Below are positions 11,901 to 23,900 of a stretch of 64,000 nucleotides of DNA, one piece after another. Both the position numbers and the translations under genes were made by a program. Each line of letters begins with the position of its first letter. Position 1 is the first letter of the stretch. A model generated the notes under the pieces. The model saw only the letters and a program-made list of their open reading frames with translations. It was not told where the DNA came from and ran no database searches. Origin of the DNA: Thalia democratica (taxonomy: Eukaryota); contig OZ241833.1 of NCBI GenBank assembly GCA_965202585.1, positions 31,124,001-31,188,000 of the forward strand. The letters run 5' to 3'.

Positions 11901-14900
11901 TTACTTGAAAATGAATTTTGCAAAAACTAGACTATGAAAAACAAAATTTGTTCTGAAAAAACACTACTTGTTTATTTGAATGTATTAGTAAAACAATAAC
12001 GTGTTAAGAATTTTATTTTAATTAGATTTTTCCAATAGAAAAGGATAAAATCAACATCAATTGAAAAAAATATTTTTTAATCTCGGTAAATTTTCTGTGC
12101 ACACAAAACAATTTTTATGCACACCGTTAAGACCACTGACTTTAAACATTTAAAACACACTTAAATGAAACCGTTACAACAATACACTATTACGACATTT
12201 AAAATAGGCTTTTTCTCAATTAAATAAGCCAAATTAATTTATCCAAACTTAAAGTCATGTGAAAACGAGTACTATCAAGGTGAAACAAAATAAAAATGAC
12301 TAGTAAGAGTTGGAAAAGTTGGGATTTAAAAAAATAAATAGAATAAGAAGTGTGAAAAGAAATTGTTATTGAAGAAATGTATCGAGATTCAAAGAGGTAT
12401 AAAAGAGTACGCTCAACAATTTATTTTCAGCAACCTTCATGAAAAAGTTTAAATAAACATTTCGCCCAATGAGACCAGGCAATGGTGTGAACTGCATATA
12501 TTTTCTTGATTGTGGGAACTCACCGGTTTTCAGTATGACGTCATCAAACCTGATTTCTGTGCACGTTTGTAAAAAAGTTTAATGACAATTTTAAAAACAC
12601 CCATGACCCGACAGGTAGTTTAAATTTTTTTATATATACTTGCGCAAACTGCATTTATTGACCTTTGGTTACTTTTTGAAATCGTATAAAATAGTTACAA
12701 CTTAATTGAAACAGAAGGAATGAATGATAATCAGTGAATTTTCAAACATTAACTGAAACTATGTATTAAAAAAACCTTTTAACAATCATAATAGAGTAAA
12801 CTAATGTTAATTTACTAACTAAATTAGATCTAAGTAAAAAAAAAAAAAAACACTTTTCTATTTGTTTATACAGGATACTTTTTTGTCTTTTTTCAAATTT
12901 CAATCATCTTCATGTTTTTCCGTGACTACCTCGACTTCTACTGTTTCTTCTAAAATCATTAAAAATTCTCATTAAAAAGTTATACAGTCAAAAATGTTTA
13001 GTACTCAAAAAACAAGTTATTGTTTAGATGTAAAGAAAACAAACTGAATTCTTATTTGTAAATAATATACATAAACATACGCATTGAAACTTTAACTTCT
13101 ATAGTTCCAACAAAAGGGTGCTGAACTTGTTTTAATAATAAAGGTGCTGATTAAAAAAAAAAACATTAATAAAACTGTACAACCTGTAACAAAACACTGT
13201 CTTTTACTAACTGTAATTTAACTGACAATACAAAATTAATCTAAACTGTCATTATATTACCAATTAAAATAAATTCTCATAAGGTAACAAATGAAACAAA
13301 AACTGACTTTCGTAGTAAAACTTGAAAGTCAACCAGATGACAACTCCCAGTATTGCCAGCACCAACACTATACAGCAGCAAAACCTCGCCTGAAATCAAA
13401 GTAAATTGCTGCACTACTTGAGAACTAATAATAACATACAACTAAAAACAAATAAATAAAAAAACGCTGACCTCTCGAATTTTTTTTAAAAGATATATCT
13501 TAAATAAGTGTAAACTTGATCTAAACTGTCTAAATAAACTTTTTTTTTGTAAAAATGAAACCAACTTCATATTCAAAGACTGCCTCAGAAACTTACAACT
13601 ATTTCACAAAAGATAAACATTTGAGTATAATATACTAGTCATTAGACAAAGTCAAGCCATGGGAGTAGACACAGGAGTCATCGGACAACTTACAAACCTA
13701 TTATGACGTAATTAGTCCACTGTCTTTTATTGAAGTTGCGTCACAACAATGGCGACGATCACTCCCAACACCGCCAAGACTATCAGCGCCAATATTATCT
13801 TTTTCTGTAAATTTCACAGATTTTAAACAATACTTTTATTTATTTTCATAGTATTACTCCATGCAATAGAAATCAGTGACTATTTGTAATTCGTTATTAT
13901 TTTCTATGTTAATATTTTCATCAATCACGTTTGTAAGACTACCAAGCTTTGTCATCTTTTTAGTTGGAGCCAAAGATTTTGTTGTTGTATTACATGCAGT
14001 AAAATTAATTTGTATTAACTGTTAGCACTTGTGGTTATTTATATTTCATTGATTAGCTGGATATTTGTATTAAAACGTTAGCATCCAGGCAAATTTGTTC
14101 TTAGAAGCAGATATGAACCTAAATAAGTATTTTTGAAAAAAAAACTTTATTTAGAAGAAAATCAGGCGTGTTTATCAGCTTTTTAAACTTGGATGTCAAA
14201 CGTTTTCTCTTGTGGAAATAATCAAAACTGTTCTTAATTAAACTGGCTTATATTAAAAAAAGACTAAAATCTCAACTATCATTATTTAAAAAAATATAAG
14301 TGAATAATGTTTGATTTATGCTAAAAGTATCGTTTCTATTAAAATTCATTGATTGTTTAGTTAAAGTTTTTTCATAAAGTCAGGTCATGGAATCACCCAA
14401 GTAACTACCAGATTTATTTTTCTTACCTGTTCTGACGTCATAGTTACGTCACCTGCGTCACGATGATGATGATAATTATGACTAGGACGACCAGAACTAT
14501 CCCTCCCAATATTAACTTTTTCTGTAGAAGTCAGCGCTTTTGTAAACTAATATCATTTAAAGTAAGGGTATGGGGGGAAACTATGTTATGTTTTTACAAA
14601 AACAAAATATGTAAAATAATATTATTTAAAGTTTAAGTTATTGTTTCAATTAATTCATTTAGACTTAAATCAAAGCTACCAGATGCTTAATAATGACAAA
14701 GAAATTTAAAAATAAACTTTTTAAGTTGTTAATTTCATGTTTAAAATGTACCAGAGACTTAGCTTGAACGAATGTGCAGTTTTTCAAATTCCTTATAATA
14801 GTTTTATTTATCAGGACATTGCTTTCAGTTTTATAAAAACTAAACTAATTTAGGCAAAAAATGAACCAAAAGTACTACCTTAAGGAAACTGAAGAGCTAC

Positions 14901-17900
14901 AGATTAATTCAAGGTAGCCACAAAAAAGGTAAATGTAAAAACTTTTTATTCTGTTAAATAAACAAATTGTGCCTAATATTAGGAAAATGTCAAACTTACA
15001 CAACTTAACTTTTTTTAATTATTTAAAGTACTTTTGTCAACTTGTTCTTTTTAGTTAAATTTAGTTAATATTCAAAAGAAACTATCTCAATATAAACTTA
15101 TTGTAAAATTATTAGTTCGTTTATTGAGTACTTAAATAGTTTCTGCAAAACTTTGTAACCTCTTTTTTAGAAAACAATTATTTTTTAATGATATTAATAC
15201 ATGCTTTAAGCTAATTAGCATCCAACTTGTAAATTCTATGTAAAGCATAAGCTTTGTTAGCTTTTAAACAAAATAACTGGTTATTTCAGCAAAATAAGTT
15301 TCATTATAAAGTTTAACTTAAATAAATTTTTAATTTTGTTAACACGTAGAGTAATCTTGTTTGCAAAATTAAAAATAATCTTTTAATTTTTAACATTAAA
15401 TAACAGCATGTGGATAGATTGTTAAACGTATGCTTATAAAATCAGTAAGCTTTTAATATTTTTAAAGCAGTCCATCCCCATACCCGTAGTAAAGCAATAA
15501 GCAAAAGCAGTAAACATATATTTATTTTTTCCTTAAATAATCACACCAACCGACTTGCTTGATTTTTTTAAACACTACGTAATGATGAGCCTGGTAAAAC
15601 TGAAAAACTTTCAACGTATTTCTTAAACTGAAAACTCTTATAAAATCGTTTGAAATGTTATTATTCATACTCATTATTTTTAAAAATCTACTCACATCTA
15701 AGAGGTGCATAAAAACTTTCTTTTTCTCAACTGGGAATTGCTATCAAAATCTAAAATTATTACAAACGAATAAAACCTGTCAACCCTTCATTCGAAAAAA
15801 TTTCTCAGAGTAAACTATTAAACCGAAAATGATCGTCAGAGCAAATTGTAGGTAGAAATATTCAATCATAGAAATAACGACAACAACAATACAAAAATCT
15901 ACCACCGTTGATAGTAGAAATTTATTCTTTCAAGAATTTATTTTACAAATCAAGTTTCGGTCAAAGACCTCCGGTAGTTGAGATCTCTCTATTTGTTTTC
16001 TTAAAACCAAAACATATAATACCGTTTATAGTATAATAAATGAAGAATTCAAAATGAAAGTGGAGCAAAGATATTTGCAAAATTGTGTAATTCTGCGTAA
16101 AATAAATTACAAACCATAAAGAAGACCTACTTAACAAAGTAGAAAAAAGTAAACTGAAAAGACGTTGAACAAACACAGATGGAAGTTTAAATAAAAATAA
16201 AACAACATACAAGTGAAAAATAGGAAAACGAAAATCTTGAACAGCTTTAATGCAATGATTCTTACAAGTATTGTGCAACATATTTCTTACAAAATACAAA
16301 ATGAAACACAGATAAGTGGAACATGCAGCAGTTTGTGAACATAAAAAACTACAATACATAAACATGAATGATTTACAACAGTTAGTAAAATATAGTGTTA
16401 CAGTTACTAAGTCGTACACACATTACAAAAAATCAAGTCGACAAGTAAGACAATGACGTGAAAGCGTAACAACATTATGACATCACAACGGCACACTATG
16501 ACGTCATAACAACCGACCCTTCTCGCCTTGCTCTGGTACTTGACGGCCTTCTTGGTGTCCGACACCGCTCGCTCCACGTAGTCCACCGAGTGCTCCACGT
16601 TGTACTCGATCCTGTCGATTATCTCCCCCTGGAAAGACCCGTATAAAAATTAATATGAGGGCATTCGAGCATGTTGTTCAAAGTTGGCCATGCGTGTTCA
16701 CTGTTCAGTGTTAATGCAAAGGTTTTGCGCCCGCGCACGCGTTGCCTTTGCTTTAGATTTTTTACCAGACATCTTCAACTGATAGATGTTTAAAACTAAG
16801 AGACAATTTAACGCATCAACTGGCATAGGATTTCGTGCGAACGCTTTTAATTTTTAAAGGTTCTTACAAGTCTTTTCAATAATATCGAAAACTAGTGATA
16901 TAATATTTAACTCATACACCCCACAGACTCTTTTTAATTTTAAATCTAGCTTATCTTGACTTAACATACTATTATAATATGTTACGTTTGAGGCCGTTTG
17001 TTCTAAGCGTGTTGTTTTGAAAAAGCATGGTCAAAACAAAGTTACCAATCCTATTATGTATACATGAATTTAATAAGTTTTAATTTGTAGCTTTCAAGGA
17101 CTTTTTGATTTTTCCTAAATTCAAATCTAAAGGAACTTTGAAATTAACTTTGAAAGCTAAGTACTTTTTGAGGTTGAAATTAACCTAAATGTCTATGGAA
17201 GTAAAACTCTTATTAAAATCCTTATTATTAAAATTCTTATTAAAAGAAAGCAACAAAACCTTCCATAGAAGCGTTTCTGATAAATGATTCTTCAAACTTA
17301 GTTTACATTAAATGTTAATTAAAAAATCATAACTAGCTAACATTTTATAATGTTAAAAAGCCTTCTGTATTAATAACCTTTTAAAAATGCTAAAGATTTT
17401 AAACAAAAATCTTTGTTTTTATTAACACTTCTTTATTATAATACCATTTCTAAATACTCAACTTTAAATTTATGACTTTTAAAAAATAAAATTTAAAAGC
17501 ATATACTTTTGTAAGGTTTATGACATCATAAAACGACTAGCTTTGTGGAACTACGTTTTCTTTGAATACAATTATCTACACTTAAAGACTCTTTATGTTA
17601 GCAATGTAGCTGTAGTACAACCGTGCCAAAACTTAAAATTAAGAGCATCACGTAACAATATCTAGTATATTCCCTATTTTCAGGATAACCACTCTACACA
17701 CTTAACAGGGTCTTAACTTGGTCTATTCTGACTGCTTTTTATCCTGTTAAACCTATCAACTTTTTACCAACTTTTACCAGTGGACATGACAGTTTATGCT
17801 GACAAATCAAGCAAACGGGTCGGGGTGTTGTAATTTGTTACCCTTCTAGCTGAAGATTGGTAGTGAACGGCCTTCTTGGTCTCCTCCTTGGCCTGCTCAA

Positions 17901-20900
17901 CGTAATCGCCGGCGTTCGCCACGTTGTACTCTATCTGGTTCACTATTTCACCCTGCGAACATTTATTTGCGTTTTAGTTATTACTTTTATTTAAATATTT
18001 AAATTTATTAAAAAAATAATACAAAATTTATTATTTAATTAGACTACTTAGTTTGTTTCTAGAATGAAGTATTGAAGTTTTATTTTTTTTAAGTTAAAAA
18101 CGTACTGTAACATCATTTACTTTTTGAAATTAGTTTGTGTTTATAGTTTAATAATTTAAGTTTCATTTAATTAAGTTAAATTTGTACTGTAGCATCATTT
18201 ATTTGTTAAAATTAGTTTGTTATAATTTTATCAAACTTTTTATTTGTTTTGAAACATTTGGGAGTTTTTATGCATAAAATAAGTTTAAAATTATTCACTT
18301 GTTAAATTTAACTTTAAAGTTCTGTTTATTTTTAAAAAATTTAAAGTTTTCAAATAAAAGTTTTATTTAAGTTTGATTTTATAAGTTTATTATAATCTAA
18401 TTATAAAAATTTCTATTTATGATTTTTATAAAACTTTATTTAAGCATGTATATCTGCATTTTGCTCGAAAAATATTAAAACTCTTCGAAATATTTTTTTT
18501 ATAATTTTCGATCAATGTACTTATTTAGTATATATTTATAAAAAATATAAAAACTAAACTATTCATTAATACAAAACAAACAATTTACAACAAACTAATT
18601 ATTTATTGAAAAACACTTAATAAATAAACTAAATTCAAAACAATCTTTATTACAAACGAGACTAAACATATTTGTTTTTTGTTATGAAAATAAAAATGAA
18701 AAGCTTAAATTGAAAGTTACTCTAGAAGTTATGATAAAAGTACAACAAAAATTTCGAAAATTCACCTTTACTTTTTTATTAGAAGCAACTTAAATATTTT
18801 AAACGTGCATTTACAAGTTAACATTTACCAATCATTTTTTACATACAAAAATTTTAAAAAACATGCAAACAATTAGGATCTTACAATTCAAAATACAAGC
18901 ATCACAGTACACTTATGAATAAAACAGTAGATAAGTTCTTCTGATAATCCTATTTAAAAAAAATTTACTCGAAATCCGATTTGGCTGTCATGCTGCCGTA
19001 AAAGGCTTTTCTGCGAAAAAGGAGTTGAAATAAAAATTCGACAGAAGGTGAAATGAAGCGGCTGTTTTTATTACCGTAGGAATAAAAACAAGAACGAGTT
19101 GCTTCAAAAAGCAGAGGGATATAAAGTGATGTTGAGTTTTGAAGGCGTATGAGGTTTATTTGAAAAAAGTTATTCTGTTGCTTTCGAAAATTTATTAAAA
19201 TAAATAATATATTCAAGTATTTAAGGTTCTAAAGTTGTGAAATGTTTCTGTATTGTCTCATAAAATTAATTTTTAGTGTTAAAGTGTGCTAAAATTTTGA
19301 TGCTTGTTAAGTTTGAGGCATTGCTTTGAAATGTAGTAGTTTATACATTTTTCAAAACAATACTAAACCTCTTACAGAAATGTTCAATCAATAACATGCT
19401 TATACAAAACATACAAATGCAACTACGTGCTTAATGACATATTTACTACAATGTAATGAAACTTTAACATCGGTGTACTTTTTTAAAATCAATCTACATA
19501 ACGACACGTTAACAACACTGTAACGACATTTTTACAACAGTTGCTTACCTTGTTTAAAACAGCATATATTTCTTAAGTCTCTTTCGTCCAGAGAAATTTG
19601 CAAAATGTAACATTTATTAAAATTTTAGCAAAACTGTCTACCAAACTTAAAGTATTTTCCAGAATAATTAAAACAGTAGGCACTCTGAGGTAAGCTAATC
19701 TATCAAGTTTTTATTTTTCTTTAAAATCAAGATCATTATAAATCAATTTCGGTCAATAGTGAAAAAATATTTTTAAAAGTTGAATGCTTTTACAAGTGCT
19801 TTTTACACCTCAAACACTTTTCAGCTTAAAGTATGAGATGCTTCTTGAAATATTTAAACTTTTTTTCAAATGTTATTTCACAAAACTCAAGTTTTCCGTA
19901 ATAAATAATTAAAAATAGTTTACTAATGTTAGAATTTCTAAATTCTAAATCCTTAAAAACTATATAATATAAAGTAATGAATAGCTAAATAGCAAGTACA
20001 TCATAAAATTTAGTTAGTAAAGACGTATATTAATAATGCCATTAATGTTAAAAAAAAATGACATATATTTTTAAGTAATATATAATAAAACTCAAGTAAA
20101 AATAAGTCTTATTAAAATACTTAAAATTTGGCTTCTTTATTTCATCATTTTAACATATTCAGATTCAAAAAAATTAAAACACAAGCTTGTTTAAAACTTA
20201 TCACAAACAAAAACTAACTTGCTGCTCGACCATCATGGCCATGTCCATGAACATGTCGTGAAGTTCCCGTATCGAAGTTTCGAGCTTCATTATGTCGTTG
20301 TGCCTGGCCTCGATGTCGTTCAGCGCTTGCTTCGTCTGGACCGTGTCCATTATTATCTGTTAGTTTCTTAACATTTTCATCAAATAGATGTCAAGATGTT
20401 TTGGGTAACAAAATAATAAGGCTGCAAAAGGTTAAAGTAATAGTAAAGTTAAGCATAATTCTTCAAAGTAAACATATACTTTAGCTGATAAAAACAGGTT
20501 GTAAATATTCTCAACGAAAATGTTCAATAGGACATCATAAATACCTTTAAGCTGATAAACTCATTTATTTTCCTATATGTATTATTGAAACTAAAGAGTA
20601 AATCAAGTGTATATTTTTTACACAGAGTTGTTGAATTGATGGTATACTCACAATTCCCACTCAATTTTGTTATTTTTTTGTTACTATAGTTATTTTGTAA
20701 TGGGTAAATATATTTAATTAAGAAACCCACATTCGTGGCCGGTTACAATTTTTTAAATAATTTTTCCATCACTGTTACCCCTAACCCTTAGTCGGTATGC
20801 GGTTCTTGGATTTGATCGGGTGGGAATTGAGCGCGGTTTGGAACTGAGCGGTTCCCTGAAATGGTAAACACTGGACTGACAAATGAATCATAGTAACAAT

Positions 20901-23900
20901 ATCTTAAAACTTCATAAATTACATAAAGTAAATTTAAATTTTGTTAGTTTTTTATTTAAAAAGCAGGTTTTATGAATTTAAATTAATTAAAAATCGCAGA
21001 GGTCAAAGGATAAAATTCTAGTTAAAATAAAGTCATAACATCGGCCCAACCGGTGCTTCGCAAAAACACCATCACTAATTTCAAGCATATTTTTAGTTCA
21101 ATTAAATCTCCCACACCGGTGTATATAGCAGGACTTCCATCACTATTTTCCAACATATTTTTAACTTAATACAGAGAAATACTAACCCCTCCAGTAAATA
21201 TAGCAGGACTTCCATCACTATTTTCCAACATATTTTCCAACTGTTGGTCGTCAACTTGTTTTCCTGTTATTTCCAGTTGACGCTGTATGCGCGCTTTGCA
21301 TCGGTCTCTGAAGTTTTATTAAGTATTTAATGATTATGTTGCAAATATTTATATAATTCAAAAATAAACAAAACTTTGCAGTGCTGTTTTTGCTCATTAA
21401 AAAGTCAAGTAATATTACTATAACATTGTACTGTATAAAAGATTACATTAAAAAATTATATGTGTATGTTCGGAATCAAAGAAATCGTTGGCGAAAGTAT
21501 ACATAGCATAAGCCTGGACTTAAGTATGCCTTGAGACAAGCTCAAGTTTAACTCAAGGTTTGATCACACCAATTAAATCATCAGACCACAAGCCCTTCGG
21601 TAGACTGAAACTCGGGTTTCGTTCTTATTGAAACTCGTCAGTCAGCCGCAACGTTGCACGGCGAAAGACAATGCTGACGTCACTGATCGATACCAGCAAA
21701 CGGTTGCTTCATGTCATGATAAGAAGTTTATAGATCGGTTGTGACTAACTGATGAGTCCTAATAAGAACAAAACTCAGGTTTCGGTCTACCGAAGGGCTT
21801 GTGGTCTGATGATCGAAGTGGTGTAATCAAACCTTAAGGTAAACTTGAGCTTGTCTCACGGCATACCAAAGTACAGGCTTAGGCTCTGTAGACTTTCGCC
21901 GATGCTTTCATTAAGAAGAAACAAGTTTCAATTAACATTTTTTTCCATAAAGTACTTATAACAAAATAAAAAAATATCGAAAAATATTTCTTTGATTTTT
22001 TTTTCTTTTGAAAAACAGTAAACCTTAACAGTTCTTTTAGGAACTCTAATTGAAAACTATTTAATGTGAAAAACTCTTTGAATGTATTACTCTAAAAACA
22101 TATTCAAAAAACTATGGAACTTAGAAAATCAAACAATACAAACACAACCGTATTCACTGAAATAAAGTTTATGTATAAAATACCTGTAGTCGTTTTGTGT
22201 TGTGTTGTATTCCGTCATTACTGCTATAAATTTCCTTGATAATGTTGAATGCTGAAAGCGTAAAATATCTGTATTAGACAATCTCTATAAAACTATGAAA
22301 ATTTTACAGCTTGAAATATGTTATGTGATTAAAATTTAAGTTACCACAACAAATAATTAAAATTAAAAAATGTATACATATTGAAATTAATGGTATAAAA
22401 ATAAAAATAAACAGTCCAATTGAAAGATGTACAGGCTTAATTAACTTTTCTTTAAGCTGTTGCTCATTTGTTTGTATTAAAGATATTCAGAAGAAGAAAA
22501 GGTTAGGTACTATTATTTTTTGGTATCCTCACAATTCCCATCCGCATAATTCCCACTCGATTTTTAAAATAATTTTTCTCATCCATACAAATACTTCTTA
22601 TTTTTTTTGGTTATTACTTATTCATTTTTAACTATCCCTGTCATCCTTAACCTTGCACTCGGTCGGTAAGCGGTTGTCAGGTTTGATCGTGTGGGAATTG
22701 TGCGGGTGGGAGCTGAGCGGTATTTACAATCTCAAAGACTTAACATTAAAGAATACATCAGTCATTCAGTATTCAACATACTTTTCTCATTACCTGCGTT
22801 TTTTGGATTCTGAGATCAGCGGGCTTGGTGTTGGCGGAGTTTTCCTCGATGTTCTTGTCGATCAGCCGCAACTTTCTCCTCACCTTGTTGGCGTTCGACT
22901 TGATGTCCGCCATGCACTGCTCCATCTCCTCTTTCGTTTCTGTTTAGGGGATTTTATTTTTTGATTTGTCAAACAAGTTTTTTAATTAATAGTAGACTTA
23001 TATGTATAAGTAAGAAATACTATTCTATACTGCTGATTTACCAAAGTAAAGAGCTAATTGCGTGAGACGGAAAAACAAATTTGCAATTCTGCAAGGGAGA
23101 TTTTATTTGCGCTTGTTGTTGGATACACATTTATGATGTTATTTATTAAGTTTTCTATCAATGAAATTTACACTTTATGAGAAACGAATTGCAACTTCTG
23201 CATAACTTCTGTTTTTATAACAGCCTAAACAGTAAGTTGTCGAGGGCTTAAAAGCTATGTAAAAACTTTTAAAGTTTTAATTTGATTTTAAACTGCATGT
23301 ATATGGGGGATTTAATTTTGATCACCTTGTTATAACAATTCAATACTTGATACTTATTTATCAATTAAACTTATATGAAAGTCAAGTTTTAGATTTCTGC
23401 ACACTTGTACATTAATTGCAGTCTAAATAGCTAACTTTTGATTGTGTAGAAATCAGTTTAATAAACTGTCCAAGTCTCACTATAGTCTTGGATTATATAT
23501 TTATGTATATTAAAATACTATTGTAAGTTTTATGATCTTAGGATCTAAATTGAGTTTTCTTTACTCAAGTGCTTTAATCAAAAAATAAGATAGCCAATAG
23601 CTATAAATTGTACTAAAATTAAAAGTACATCAAAAGCTGAGCTTTAGTACTAGTATGATGAGACTTTAAATTTATACAACTTGTTTATACAAATTAATAA
23701 TAATATATCATTTTTGTGAACTTTTTTCTTTCATTGATTTTTGAATAAATTAAAATGCTTTTTCACTTAGTAGAAATTAAAAAAACACAATACAGCAGTG
23801 CCCGTAATACCTTACATGCCAAGTTAAATTCTATGTCACATTGAACCTTTTTGTATACAAAAATATTAAAAAATTTCAAAAATATTGATTCTATCTTTAC

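Larger units (their letters stand above)
21485..21905. mobile_element. Palindromic element (~165-bp arms) with a hammerhead motif in each arm
   Basis: Left arm ~21485-21652 is the reverse complement of right arm ~21737-21905; same family as 38047-38506. Confidence 0.8.

Noticed and set aside
15961-16419. 152-aa minus-strand ORF
   Set aside because: AT-rich intron sequence with no family resemblance; not in a usable splice context.
18965-19216. 83-aa minus-strand ORF between exons 8 and 9a
   Set aside because: No similarity to syntaxin or a recognisable domain; no convincing splice sites.
22653-22964. 103-aa plus-strand ORF (also 34655-34894, 35603-35812, 38014-38286)
   Set aside because: Antisense or off-frame to syntaxin exons, or internal to repeats.
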